From positions 124,001 to 188,000 of the forward strand of contig RSEE01000002.1 of assembly GCA_003971905.1 (NCBI GenBank): a stretch of DNA of 64,000 bases. The letters run 5' to 3'. Positions 50,781 to 64,000 of this stretch are shown here, piece after piece. The position numbers and the translations under genes are program-made. Source of the DNA: Moniliella sp. 'wahieum'. Lineage: Eukaryota. Position 1 is the first letter of the stretch. Every line of letters starts with the position of its first letter. Under the pieces are notes generated by a model. The model made no database searches, was not told where the DNA came from, and worked only from the letters and a program-made list of their open reading frames with translations.

Positions 50781-51136
50781 AGCAGACGTAAACACATTAA
50801 CATAGGTGTCAGGGGCCCATATATACACTCTCCCAGCGACACACCAACCCGAGGGGCTGCACACGATAGAGAAGAGGACCGCAAGAGGCCATAACACACC
50901 CGCTCATTTTCATGGCCCTGATAGATAACGAATGTCACAGGCACAATGGACCGCCGACAGGAAGGTACAGATGATGGGGAAGCCAAGGCCAGAGGGGAGG
51001 GGGGGGGGTATCAGGGGTTCGACAGGAGTGCGGAGGGTGACAGATGGTGACAAGTACAAAACGAGAGCGAAAGGGAAGGAACGGAGAAGAGAGGAGGTTG
51101 TGCTGCCGAATAAAGTACATGCTCGACCTGACGCTC

Positions 51137-52596
51137 CTATTCGTTTCTCTTCTCGTTCCCCCTGGACCCGGGGACCCAACTCTCAGTCTTCTCAAGCGTC
51201 GTCACAAGCACATTCAGAAGCCCTCGGCCGGCGGGACCGAGCAACCCCCAAGGCTGGTGTTGCGTAGCAGGATCCTCAACGTGGTTGCGGAGGTGGCCAT
51301 GGGGCGTATTTTGGTTGTGCCGAGCCCGCCGCGTTTCCGAAGCACGTTGGCGTGCGCGTTGCCGGGCTTTAGCTTGCTTGCTTCGTGCCTTCTCGTCCGA
51401 GTCCAGCGCAATCCCAAATCCATTCTCCATTCCACGCGGGGTTGGAGGTCCATCCTCGTCTGAAGACGCCTCCTCGTCATCCGCATCTTCCTCGCTTGCC
51501 CTCGAGGACCCCGATCGTTGCTCGGTCGACGGCAGGTGAGTACGGCCCTCTTGGGCCTCATCAGCCGGGGACTCGTCGCGCATGGCCATCGCCGCATCGA
51601 CCGCTATGGGAATGCCCAACGTGATCCGGGCCAACTGAAGCGTCAAGCGCAAGCGGCCAAAAACGTCAAAGTAGGACAGTTGACGGAGGGAACACTGGAC
51701 TTCATACAACCGAATCAGCTCAAAGCGAATGATAGACATGTACTTTTGTCCCGACAAGACCACCTCACGCAGCCGCTGACAAAGCCCTCCACTTGGTCTA
51801 CTGTGTCTTGGCCCAAATCCCAGCCGGGCGTGTCATTAAGGGCATGAAGCAGGACCCGGATCATCTCAAAGTCGCCGTCCATGAATTCGTTGAGAATACT
51901 GTGCAGCACTCCATTTAGCGTTTCGTCGTGCAACCCATTTGCCTCTGCCGGGTCCGCCCCATTCATTGACCCGTTGTCCGCAGCTGTGTTGGTTCGGTTG
52001 GTCAGGTCGTACAGGTGGCGCGACGAGGGGTTCGACAAGGTTTCATACGCCCACGATATGCGCTGGAAGGCCATCGTGCTCGGCGGGTAGTCAGGAAACT
52101 TGCTGGAAGAAAGAAATTAGGTCAGTCGCGGAGAGGCTCAAAACGACGTTGACTTTCTCGTCTCCGCCTTGTTTTCATCACGACAACACTCACTCGGGAT
52201 GACAGATGCGGCTGCGTAGGTGAAAGCCTCGGCGGATTTCCTCCAGAGTGGCAGTCCGTTCAACATTGAGGAGCTTGTACAAGTCTTCCTCGGTCAGTAG
52301 AGCGTCAATGATGGCCGCCTTGGCCGCACGGTCGTCCGAGGCTAGGGATGGTGGGCTGGTTGGGACCTTATTGTCACCAAAAGAGATTCCCTGTCCCTCG
52401 TCCGAGGAGAGCACGGCGGAGACGTGGGTGGGATGTGATTGTTGGGTGACGAGGATGGTGAGGGCAGTTCAACCTGCTCGCGCAATTGGGTGGGCCCGCG
52501 CGATACAGAAGGGAGATCGGAAGGGCGAGGGCCGTGTTGGGTGGGCGCCGAGTTCGCCATGACCGCAGGCCCATCTTCGGACTTGGACTCGGACAT
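51137..52596 (-). CDS. DnaJ (J-domain) protein; intron splits the HPD codons (about 52103-52193)
   Basis: DLYKLLNVERTATLEEIRRGFHLRSRICHP|D KFPDYPPSTMAFQRISWAYETLSNPSSRHLYD, followed by a helical C-terminal region. Confidence 0.88.
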
Positions 52597-53020
52597 GAGA
52601 ACAGATGCAGGCCCCAGCCTCGGTTCAGACTCTGGGGACGGTACCGGTCTTGGGGCCCGTTCGAAACGCTAGAAGACAAGGTGTGAGTAGAACGCCGCCG
52701 TGGCGGGAGCCACAGAAACGGATGCGGTACGGACCAAGATCATACAGCGAAGACGACGCTAGCGGCATGCCGCCGAGGGGGGACGGCCGGACGAGGAGGC
52801 GGGCTGGTGGTCGGGCGCGGGGACTGAGACGGGGAGGAAGCCAAGGGGTGGTGGGGCGGAGCGGAAAGAGAGCGTGCTGGCGTGCGGCACCTGTGCGGGG
52901 AGGGGGTGCGAAAGGCAGACCCTGTGGGCCGTGCACGGTGTTGGTTAGCGCTGGAAGGGAGAAGCGTGAGGCGAGTAACTAGTAATCGCTTCGAAGGCAA
53001 GCAAGCGGTTTGCTGAGGGT

Positions 53021-53058
53021 GAGTACTGCGCTACCGAGTACTGCGCTACCGAGTACTG
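53021..53058. repeat. 15-bp tandem repeat GAGTACTGCGCTACC x2.5
   Basis: Exact units at 53021 and 53036, partial unit at 53051. Confidence 0.9.
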
Positions 53059-54542
53059 AGCACGCGTCGTGCTGTGTACTGGTGAGTGTGCGTCCGGAGG
53101 CTGCTATCACATGTCCTGGCCCTTTGCCGTGCCCGTCCAGTAACGGGGAGCCCGAGGCCGGAGGGCTCGGTGAGTGCGGGAGCTTGAAGCGGGAAGCCTC
53201 GCCTGCTGCCGCCAGCACTATTTTTGGTACCTGCGTCGCGGTTCAGTTGAATACGCTCGACGTTGAATTGGACGCGAGCTCAGATAGTATATGAAACCAC
53301 CACGCACAGCAGCCCCCTCCCACCTGCCTGCCCTCTCCTAGAAACGTAACCCACCGTCTATAGCCCTGCCCTCGATCCGCCCTCCCCTCCGTCTGAACAT
53401 CTGACTTTTGTCAGTTCTCAGTTGAGTATCAGCGAGTACTCCTAACTCGGAACCTTGTCCTCAGAGAGTTGGCCACCGCATACATATTGCGCCTCCACGC
53501 CTCTCGTTTGCCACCCGGTGGGGCCATCGTCCTTCTCCCCTCTCCCGCACATCCACCTTTTGCGACGACGATGGCTGCTGCACCCTCCGGCATCATCCAT
53601 TGCTCCTTGCCCCGCACAACATGCCCCTCATGGCCTCATGCAATAGACTGCTGCCTCCGGTTTCAGCTCCGTCCGCCTCACGCCCCGCATCGGTCCCGGA
53701 CCGAAGAGCAGGATAACTCCATGACGGCGGGCGGCGGCGGCTTGCCGCCGGCGGGAAGCCCACAGATGCGCGCTTGAGCCGCAGCATACTGCTTCTGCCG
53801 CACTTTGTGTGCCTCGGCCTATAAGCAGAAACGGACTGGGCGCAGAGATGGCAAAGGGCAAAGTGGATTCAGTATTTGGTTGAGCGCGCGGGGGTGGGGA
53901 GGGGGGGCATCGTCAGCGCATGGGTGCCTTTCAAGAACCAGAACAAGGTTGCTGCTGGTGTCCCACCTGGAGGTGCCCCACTGAAGACACTGATTTGCTC
54001 TGTCGAATGAGCATGTGCCCCACGTTTTCTATTGGGGGTTACGTGCATTACATGTTAGCGACGTTACGCGTTAGGCGGCGGGGGCGATTCGGTGTGCTCT
54101 GCCGAGGCAAGATATCAGCAACGCATCCATGTCATCGTCCGCTTCATCGATGGGATCCTCAATCATCCGATCCTCAAAATACTCTTTTGTCAACGTGCAG
54201 CTCAACTTCGACATGAAGATGAGGCGATGATAGTTGCATGAACGATATGGATTCGAACCGTCTATGAGTATGCACACCCGGGTCCACCAGATTGCTTACG
54301 GCGTACACACGCCAATGGATTGTTCTGTGGCAGATGCGTGGGAGAGGGAGGAATGAGTCTAGGAAAGAAAGGTAGGGCCGTAGCTCTGGTACAGAGAAAG
54401 GATGGGATGGGATGGGATGATCGATGAAATGAGATGAGATGATCACGAAACCCAAAACCACTGAGCATGTCGAATCGGATCAGGTCGATCAGGAGAAGGA
54501 AGCGCTGTATAGGAGAGGGGGGTGGGAATCATTAATCATTAA

Positions 54543-57500
54543 TCACAGCCAGGTGGCCTGCCATCCCATTGTGCCCGCCAAGGGCAGAGGCAGGCGGCCA
54601 TGCCGTTGTCGCAACAGGCTAAGTAGGTCCTCCCGCACAGGCGCTGGCAGGGCAAGGGGATGGACGAGGCGGAAGCCATGTCGGAAGTAGCAGCGGTCGC
54701 AGACGCAGTTGCAGTTGCAGTCGCAGACGAGGGTCGGAAGAGAAGCTTGACAGCAGGTGCGACGCGCATCACGCGAGCGGAACTGGTGTTGGCCGCCACA
54801 TAACTCAGTGGTTGGAAGAGCCAGATCTATCGCCACAGGGGTCAGTTTGCCGTCCCAAGCACCGAAGGAAGGCAAGACGTACCTTGGCCTCAGGCCCACT
54901 GGTGTCATCCGGGGAAGTGCCATCGTCAATGAGTTGGACCCGACGCTCGGCGCCTAGGTCGCATGTAGCTGCCAACAGAGCTGCCATGCGGGAGGCAAAC
55001 GTAGTGGTCGCTGCGACACCCTCGCGGGTCTCCGGCGACGGAGTAAGAGAAACGTAAGCCCGGCCAAGGTAGCAACGCGCTTCATCGTCCTGTCCTGCGT
55101 CTGGTGCGCCTTGTTGCTCAGCTCGGCCCAGAAAGGCATGACATGCCGCACAGTGTAACAGTGCACCCTGCAGAGAGAGACGAGATCAGCCAATCGTTTC
55201 TTCACCATAATGAGAAGGGAATGTGTCCAGTGGTAGTGACCCGTGACATGGGACTGGAAGACAAGAGGAAATCCTCCACCTTCGCCCCACGCCCCCCTAC
55301 TGACCTAGAGGCGGTAGGTGTATTCCACTGGCAGAAAGTCTCAACGGCTTGGCGGGCAAAGCCCCCGGCCATTCAGCCCACTGGATTCTCTTGGACCACT
55401 GTATCGCCTGACCGCGCTGGGAGGAGGTGCGGGCAGGCTTCTTATGGGTCCGAGCAGGAGAGGGGAGAAGAAAGACGTACCTTGGAGCCGGGGAGCCAGC
55501 GTACCGAACCAGGTCGCAAGTCGGCCACTTTGGGTACCAACCAGAACTCCGACGCAAACACCGTCGTCGCATGGGGCGTGTTCGTCGTAGCGTGCACCCC
55601 GTCTCGATCGGGATAGAGAACTTGCTTGCCTCGCTGGACAGTGCGGTTGATCAATTGATCTTCATGGCACATCCATGCGTCTACCAATTCTTCCCATCCA
55701 GCTGCCGGGAGAGGAAGCAGGCGCCTGCCTTCCTCGTGCGGCAGTAACGGCGCCTCGCACTTTCCACAGAGGCAATCGGTCAATCGTTTAGGCAGCTCCG
55801 CTAGACCCATCATGTCGCCTTCGTGGGCCTCGGGTGCAGCCCGGCCAGCAGAGGGAGTACACGCGATCTTGGCCTGCAAGGGCTCGGCCGCTGTACCTTT
55901 GCCACTGAGCGCAATGGAAAAAGGCTCAGTCTGTCCGCGTGCAGGTCAGTGTGAGCAGGAGGCTGGATACGGATAGTTTCCTCCTTCTCGGCCCCAGCAC
56001 CAGCACCCGGTGCCAAGAAAGAAACACAGATCTCAATCGGGCCTTGGGATCCCGCAGCAATACGAGCGGTGGCAGTCAGGGGAGTAGGTCCACTTTCCTT
56101 GGCCCAGAGGAGCACAAGGAGCGTGTGAAGGTGGACCTGCCACTCAACGTACACCTCGAACGCTGCAACAGGAGTAAGTGCTACCTCGGGGGATGTGGGA
56201 GATGTGACGGGAGAAGAAGAGGAGGCAACATGCCCAGTCGGGGGGGGTTGCTGTTGCGCAGAGCCCAAGGTAGTCGATGGTAAGGCACCTTCCAAGGCGC
56301 CAGCTGAGGCCTCAGTGACAGACCCAACAGCGGCTGGGCTACACGCTGATGATGGAACCTGCGAGGTATGCACCGAAAGCTGTGAGGCACGAGCCAGCGG
56401 CAGTCGCGACGCCGCATTAACCGGTGGCTGGGAGTGGGAATTGAACCGCGAGGCCAGCTTGCTCGCCTTGCGCTTGGACTGGAAATCCATGGCCGATGGG
56501 ACCTGGGAGTGGGAAAGGCTGGCTTGGCGTTTATGCGGGAATGAAAGGGTAATGGCTCGGGCCAAGTGAAGTTTGCCGTGACGCAACCGGTTCCGTGAGC
56601 CGGAGGGCTCAGTATTCCACGACGCAGGCACACCGCGGGAATCGAGAGCTCTGACCGCTTGCCCGTGCCCCGCAGTCGGTCAACCAAGGTACTCGCCTCG
56701 CGGAGAGCAGGGGGGATCTCACGATGGGAGACGCGGGTTGGATTCGGCTGCCTGCTGACGGCGCTGAGTTGGGAGAGGTATGAAATTTAGGCGGAGAAGC
56801 ACGTTGCTGGTCCAAATTGCGGCCGAATCGCTCGAGACAGTCGAAAAGATGGAGGGTATCTTGGTCTTCCGCCAAGGACAGCTGTGGTGGCGCAGTACGT
56901 GGGGCACGGGCCGAGCTGGTAGTCCGCTCTCCTTTGGCAAGCATTGGCTCGGGTATGATTGGGTGCGAAGATGGCGAGGAGAGAGGGCAGGTGGGCGAGC
57001 ACGTTGACCTTCAAGACGGTTGGACGAAGCGGCTTGCAGCTGAGTGAGGAGCTGGTCCAGCTGCTGGTCCATCCAAGGCTGGCCGTCTCCAGGGGAGACT
57101 GCGGTCGGATGGGCAGACTTGCTGGAGGAGCGACGAAAGCGGGTGACCATCCCGTTGATCGGTGGACGCAGTCGGATGCGAGTTGGGGGCAGACTCGAAT
57201 GCCGTCTGGGCATCTCTCCTGGGGGGGCAAGGCGCGCTGGTTGTCCATGCGTGCGCGCGTGGCGACAATGCGCTCGATTGCTGCGTCGAGCGCACGGTCA
57301 TCCCGCTCCTCCAGCGAGGAGATGGGACAGGCGATCGATGGAAGAGGGTCGGACATGCGATGGAATGCAGGCCAAGTAGTAACAGAATGATGCGGATCGT
57401 CCTCAAAGCCATCGTCGTCCAGAGCAGAATCCAGGTCGGACACAGAGGCAAGAGAGGCGGACTTGGTGGAGACGACGCCAACGTGGGGGTGGAAAGCGGT

Positions 57501-57759
57501 GTGCTTGAGAGCGGACTGGATGTCCGCATCGGACGCACCATCGGCAGCTGTGTCGAGGGGGGCAGAGGGAGAGGATGGTCGTCTGGGTCGGACAGCGTGT
57601 CGCTGGACGGGTGCAGCGCATACTCGATCCAGGCGGTTGTCAGAGGTTGGGGCGGGGGCGAGAGGGGGGAAACCGCGAGATCGGAGCCGGCGAGACGGCG
57701 AGCAAGCGCAAGCGCTTCCCCGCTGCTGCGGGCAGGGGCGGGACGGTCTGCGTGGCCAT
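54543..57759 (-). CDS. HECT_2 / UBE3D (E2-binding, Ipa1-like) protein with a long N-terminal extension
   Basis: CLCGKCEAPL...LLPLPAAGWEELVDAWMCH (LPS..W.E..D.W.CH signature), AVKLLFR, and C-terminal LALPAPV...LP....MGWQATWL*. Upstream ORFs 56500-57759 are contiguous and probably the same gene. Confidence 0.75.
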
Positions 57760-59294
57760 GAGCGACCGTGGATGGTCAGCGACTAGGGGCTGCCCGCGGT
57801 CGACTGGATGGCGGAGGCGGAGCCGTGGCAGCCACAGCGGAGCCCAAAGCCCAGAAAACCCACAAAAGAAGCGCGCGAGCCAGTTGAAATGCTCTGTATC
57901 TCCGTGCTTGGAGCCATGGCAGGGGGCAGTGTGGTGTCATGCACCATGCATCATGCATCATGGCTGCCACACCCTCCACATTTTAACTTTCAAATGACGT
58001 GTGATCATCCATCATCAATCATCTGCATCAGCTGCCTGTTGTGCGCCCAGCCAGACCCAGCCCACCAGCCGACGTCACCGGTTATGCAGACCGGCCTCCG
58101 CAGCCTGCGTTATTGCCCGTGCAAATGGTGGGCACGGACGTGCACCATGCCGGGGGGGTCCATCATGCGAAAGTCCCCAGACCGTCGCAGAGGAAGTTGT
58201 TCCCTTGGACGAGATGCGGCTGATGCGGCCCGAATGGAGTTCGACTCGAACCAGGACTCAGACGGAGGATAAGTGAACGCCGGTACTAGGAGTTGCCTCT
58301 CCCCCCTCTCGGCGCATACGGAAACGCCCTCATTAGTAATCATTCCTCCCGAAGGGGGCAACCTCAGCTGCGCCTTGACCAGCTACAAGATGAGTACGCT
58401 GAAGTGAACCTGGCGGGGAGGTGAACAAAGTCCAAAAAGTGGACCGTGGACCGCAGGACCAAGAAAGAGATAGGAGTGCGGCACTTTCTTCCTCTACCCC
58501 GATGTCCTACCACACACGATCTGCCTTCGTGTCGACCCCCCCCCCGAGGAACATCCGTTGTAATCGATAATCAGGCCCACTTTGTCCCGAGCGCATTCCT
58601 GCAGGAGGTGCGCAGAAGGCCACCAGCGTACTGCTATGGCGTCCCGTTGTAACCCCCTTCTTTCATTTTCGTCTCCGATTCCTTGGTCTACGTTAGTACG
58701 GATGCGTTGGCCCAGGGCGCAACTGGCGACCTTTGCGCTCCCTGAGTCTAGTTACGTATCCGCCGTCGGGTCGGGGGTGAGAGAGTACCGGACAAAGGAG
58801 AAATGATTACTGATTGCTTTAGAGGACGAAGATGAAGTTGCCAAGCGCTCTTAACTCAACTATGATCTCTCAACTCATAACTCAACCGTGACGCATGGCG
58901 GGAGATGACTTGACTCTATCAGTGTCACTTAGCAGGACCAACCTATGAATGGGAACCAGTCCAACAACCAACCAAGAGGGGGGGGGGCAGCTGTTGGGCC
59001 CGTGGGACCGGCATTGGTATAAATTTGTTCTCGAGCTTGAGGTGATCGAGTGCGGAGGGGCCAGAGGGCCAAGGTGAAATGCTGAACCGAGAGAAGAATG
59101 CGAGGAGGAAACAGGGAAGGGTGTATGCCAGTAATACTAATAAGTAACAGCCTGGATCGAGGCGGAAGAGGAGAGGAAAGGCCAAGTCGAAAGCGTAAGT
59201 GGAAGTGGAAGCGTAAGCGCACATCACATGGTATATATGGTGCGCCCCTTGAGAGTCGGATCATCGACACGGGTAAAAACACACAGTTGCGTGT

Positions 59295-60847
59295 CTAGGG
59301 GAAACTGCCCTGGAGCTGGGCCTGGAGCTGGACCTGGGCTTGCAGCTGGGTCTGGGTGTTGAGGTGGGCTAGGAACGCCACCTGGACCTGGTCTTGACGT
59401 TGAGCTTGGGCGAGGGTAAAGGCCTGCGCGTACATCTGCGCCTGGGCCTGGGTGCGGGCCTGGGCCTGAGAGCGCAGCAGCGCTTCAAAGTGCAACCGCA
59501 GCTGGGACTGCAACGTAGCTTGCATGGGACCAAGTCAAGGGCACACGAGTGCGCGGGGCGGACGCTAGCATCTCCGGCTGAGTATGCAAGGTCTGTTGAG
59601 CCGCGGTGACAATGTCCAGAAATCCCCTCAGCAACTTACCCTCCAAGGAGGCGGCGAATGGGACGAGGGCAGCGGGAGGGAATTGCGGCGCGCCCTCGGT
59701 GGCATGTAGCTGAACTGACAAGTCGGCACCACGCTCGGCACGGCAGAATGCGACCCAACCTCCGTGGTGGCCAGTGGGGCGAACGGTGAGGTGGGCGGGG
59801 TGGGCAAGGCGTAGGTCATGAGCGGGGCAGTAGAGGGTAGGGGCGAGGCTTGGTTCTCCTGCTGATCCGTGACCGGTTGCATGGCTGCGATCGGGGCGGG
59901 GGCAGGACCTAGCTCGTTCTGCACCGCGTTATGGGGAGGGAACGAGCGAGGCGAATCATACGGTTGATCTCGCGCGTTCGAAACTCGAGCAACGTCTTGG
60001 CCCGTGCTCTAAACTGGGTCAACTCGTATGGGCGGACGAGAATGGAGTAGCCAAGCCCCCGCCAGAAGGCCAGTTCCATTTGCGTCACTGCCAATGGCGA
60101 TGCAGTTGGGACAGAGAGGCCCAGGTCTTGGCGGTGTACGTGTGGTCTTCCAGCAGCTTGTTGGCCAAGATCAAAGCGGATACCGAGGCCCGGTACTCGA
60201 CGCCCACCACGTCGGCTGTCATGTGGGGCTGACGGCATTTGAAGCGGTACAACAGCACTCTGTCGAGAGCACAAAGGCATACATCAAACAGTCAGGAAAC
60301 AATCGAAGCCAACCTCAGTTATAATCAAGGGACAGCAACGTACAGTGCCGTATATAGCGTCTCTGTCGTCACACGAAGCGAACGAAAGAGGTCACGAGTG
60401 CAAGTCACAAAGGCCGGACTGGGTTGGAAGCGGCGCAGGACCCCGCGCACATTCGCGGTTGGGCTGCGATTGCGGCCGACATGGGCTCGGTGGCGAGGAG
60501 AGGTGGGGAGGGCCCATGCGTGAGGGAGAGGAAGGCGGCGTGGGACTCGGCCGAGAGGGGCAGGTGGGTAGGAGTGGGGGTGAACCAGAGCAAGCAGACC
60601 ATCTGGCAGAACCACTGGGCGAGCTGGTGGAGGACTGGGGGGACGGGTGGGGCGAAAACGCTTGCATGGCGGTTCGAGTCCGCGCGGCCATTGGGAAGAG
60701 GGCCGGGGCGCTGCAGGGGGGCTGCTGTGGTAGCGGCCATGACGGAAAGGATGGGGGAGGCAAGTCGAGGGCAGGGCAGGGTGTGCGGCGGCGCAGGAGG
60801 GGGAAGAGCGCGGCGGGGGCGCCGGACCCGGCGGCGGGGGCGGACAT
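59295..60847 (-). CDS. Pho85-type cyclin (Clg1/Pcl-like) with Gln/Ala-rich C-terminus
   Basis: LAQWFCQMVCLLWF, FQPSPAFV, SALILANKLLEDHTYTAKTWA and QMELAFWRGLGYSILV (cyclin box). Start codon uncertain (60847 or 60740). Confidence 0.85.
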
Positions 60848-62195
60848 GAGAGAAGGGGGAGGAGGAGGTGGTGGGAGGCGGCAAGGGAGAAGACCAAGTG
60901 GTATATTATACCTGCTAGTCAGTATGTCGCAGTCGGCGCCCAGTGGGCACATGCCCAGTGCCGCGTGCCGAGTGCGTCGCGCCTAGTGGCTATGGCGCCC
61001 AGCGGGGAGGCAGCGCAGCGTGGCACTGGGCTTGTGCGTGTCGAACGCAGACAGGCTGCTGTGGTGCGGGGGCAGGGCGAGCGGTGAGGTCTTAGATGTG
61101 CACCGTCAATGTGAGATCCCAGATCTCAGATCTCAGATCTGGCACCAGCGGAGCACAAGCGCACCGCCGCACGGGGCGCAAGGCGCGCCAGGCGCCCGCT
61201 TGGCTGTGGAGGGCGGCCCGCGGCGTGCTGCTCCTCGCCTCGGCTGGCCGAGTGACGCATTCAGGCCGGGGCGCGGAGGCCGGGGGCGCGCGCTGCGCCA
61301 GCGGAGCGACGGGGAGCAGGCGGGGCAAGCAGCGCCAGCCGGGCAAGCACAGGCAGTCCGCAAGCATCCCACACGATCGCTGCTGGCCCCGCTTATCCAA
61401 GAGCGTACCCGACCCACAATTCTCTCAGGCGCTACGCGCTACGCGTTAATCACCGCGCAGTTCGCTTTGCCCCAGGGCAGCCTCCCAACAAGCGCGTGTG
61501 CATGTGAGATCATCGATGCTATCACAATGCTGCGTGTTCGGTGCGGCGTGGTGCATCTTGCATGGGGCAGGACACGGGGGTTCCAGCTGCCCTCGTGCGG
61601 CGCCCCCTTGCCCATCGCGCATGCCTGCTCCAGCAGTGCAGCAGCAGGCACCGCGCATGAGCAGCAGGGGGGCAGTGTGGAGAGAAGCGCTGGTGGCCAC
61701 CGTGACTCGGTAGTGCCTAGCGCAGCCTAGTGGCTGCCGCCGCAGCCGGCGCAGGGACGCATCGCTGGGCCACTCGGCGCGTCTCCCTGCTACTCCGCCC
61801 CCGCCAGCGCCCCGGGCAGCACACAGCATGTGCATGGACCCACCACACGCATCGTTTGGCGCCGCCTCCACGCGAGACGCCGGTCGGCCGTGCCGTGTGA
61901 CAGTCGCATGGGGGCGTGTGAGTAAGTACTTATCGCTTCTCGCTTCTAGGCGCTCACCCATCCCCCGTTCTCCGCCTCTCTGCGGAGCGCATGCGCTGCG
62001 CTCCCAACCTGCACGCTCCCAGCCTCAAGCTTTCGCCAGCGACATGCGGCTCCCTGCCCCTCCAGCCTGGATTCGGTGCGCTCGCTAATCGATAACTCAT
62101 CGTTCTGCGTAGCTGTGCACAGGAAGCTTGAAGCGACAGCCACCATTGTGCGCACGAGGCTGTACATATCGTAGCCACAACGGAGGCGTGGTGTA

Positions 62196-62258
62196 TACTG
62201 AGTACTGAGTACTGAGTACTGAGTCCGCAGTTACTAGTTACTAGTAACTAGTTACTGC
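62196..62258. repeat. Two adjacent heptamer arrays: (AGTACTG)x3+ and ACTAGT-N-ACTAGT-N-ACTAGT inside a 32-bp near-palindrome
   Basis: Read directly at 62201-62221 and 62227-62258. Confidence 0.9.
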
Positions 62259-64000
62259 GCATCTCTCCACTGATTAAATTAATGAACGTGAGCGTGTGAG
62301 CACACGGCACAGGAGCTAATGCGCTGCCGCGCTGACGACGCCTGGAAGCTACCCAGGCAAACGAGGAGCAAACACGCTTCTGTGAGGCGTCGCTGCACAG
62401 GCACCAGTGATGTATGATGCATGATGATGCGCAGCAAAGCGCGCAGACGCCGCACAGAGCGCACAAACAAACCCGCACGGAAACACAAGCGCAAATAGCG
62501 TTGGGCCCCCAAATACATACCCACCCTACCCACTCTACTTGGCCGCCACTCCAACTGGGCTCTCGGAACCTCCCTGGTGGAGGAGACACAAATCCAAGAT
62601 GCTGCTGATACAGCACGATACATCAGGCCATGGCGCAAGACTCGGCTACTCATCCTGAACTGCTGAATTCAACTGGCGCGCAAGCTAATAAACGAGAGCG
62701 ACGGACCGTTCCTCCCACTCAGCCCGGGCACCTGAGCCTCAGGCCTCAGGCTGAGGCGCTGAGGCCCCTCTCTGAGATCCGAGAATCTGAGATTTGAGGA
62801 TCTGAGGGTTCTGTGGCCTCACGCTGCCTCAGCCGGATTGCGCTGTAGCGGAATGCTCTGGCTGAGTATCAAGTGTACTTCTCACACGCTGAAGAGCAGT
62901 TCAATGTTGCCCGCTCATCTGTTGGCGGTGGGCGGCGCATCGTACAACGCTTGAAGGAACTGTTGGGTGAAAACCCCCGCGCAATATAGGAGAGGAACTT
63001 TCTGTCGAAGCCATGGGGGGATTTGTTTATCATGGGTGTGGCTGAACCGGCGTAGCAGGGCGCAGTGCGTATATCGATTAGCACCCGCGGCTTCCACGGC
63101 GCCCTCAGCATCTCGATCTTGAAGCTTGAAGCGTATTATTCATCGATGATCATTCGATCATGGCCAATAGCATGGCGGGGAAAACGCATCCAACGATATG
63201 TGGATCCATCGCTTCGAGCTTCGCTGGAAGCTGGGCGTCCAAGGTGTTCCAACAAACGGAGAAGAGCCGGGTGGACCGGGGTGGTCGAGGGGGAATGGGT
63301 TTTCATTGGAAGTTCGAATTGGCACTTTGGCTCCAAGGCCACGCCACCCCACGCTGCGCCACCAACCGAGAGGCGGGGAAACGAGCTTAATGAGCAACTG
63401 GCTTCCTCGAGCCTGTGCACACACCACAGCAAAAGACGGGGTTCGAATGATAAATGAATTAATGAGTCAAGAGTCCAGCCATTGAACGATGTGGGTTGCA
63501 CGGTTTGTCGGGCTACACACGCAATTCCAAGCGGTAAAAAGCAGTAGTGTGCGCCCCGTTGCATCTATGCACGGGTGCTGGGGCGCTAGGCAGCACCGAA
63601 AAGGAATGCGTACTGAATACGGGGTGGTGGGAACTTATTTCCGGTTCCCCGTCCGCGCCACAGCGGTCATTATCATTGTGCCAGAGACCAAAATGTAACC
63701 CGAAATACGCCGCGCCAAGCCTGCGTTGGTCAGCTTTGCATGGCCCCAGGGGAGTAACTAGTAATTCCTGATCGATTATCGAGATTATCGATTATTTCAA
63801 GCTGCAGCAGGTTCAGTCCGGGGACGTTGTACACACCAGCGCCATGCCTAGCATGATGCATGACCACCTGTGGCCACCTGGCCTCACTAACCTCTTAACA
63901 TTACTATTGGAACCAGGTCTCGTACAGTGTCTTTAAAGCTGTGCCACGAGAGGAAAGGCTTGGAGCCAGTGTCTCCTCGACGGGTAAATATGTCCCACCT

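Noticed and set aside
975..60847. Mass pseudogenisation or programmed frameshifting of nearly all genes
   Set aside because: 1-bp indels hit essential genes (VPS23, the L1-domain factor) and the two LTRs alike, often in homopolymers, while motifs stay intact. This is best explained by unpolished long-read error.
1..64000. tRNA, rRNA or snRNA genes
   Set aside because: No convincing cloverleaf or rRNA signature seen by eye; a covariance-model scan would be needed to exclude them.

Overview
Eukaryotic, GC-rich fungal genomic DNA, most likely a basidiomycete (short GT-AG introns with CTRAC branch points, basidiomycete-type gene set). Nearly every conserved gene is broken by scattered 1-bp indels, which most likely reflects an unpolished long-read assembly rather than real pseudogenes, so gene ends are reconstructed by eye across frames. 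Left core block: RPB7 3' end, an SDR, a ribosomal-L1-domain protein, an RRM protein and glycerol kinase. Accessory block (about 9.3-32.6 kb): a complete, young Ty3/Gypsy chromovirus (10484-17393, 5-bp TSD GATGG, PBS complementary to its own LTR, i.e. probable self-priming), a decayed CMC/EnSpm-related transposase, several small repeats, and two intronless Zn alcohol dehydrogenases of bacterial-looking type. Right core block: a small 2-exon protein, HEN1, a LURP-one-related protein, a head-to-head acyl-CoA oxidase / SCP2-type thiolase pair (both ending in SKL), a bacterial-type chorismate-lyase-fold gene, VPS23, a DnaJ protein, a HECT_2/UBE3D-like protein with GoLoco-like repeats, and a Pho85-type cyclin. 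The most unusual signal is an intergenic 7-bp-period pattern, T[N]A + 4-bp palindrome + T[N]A, which recurs with many different sequences across the window.
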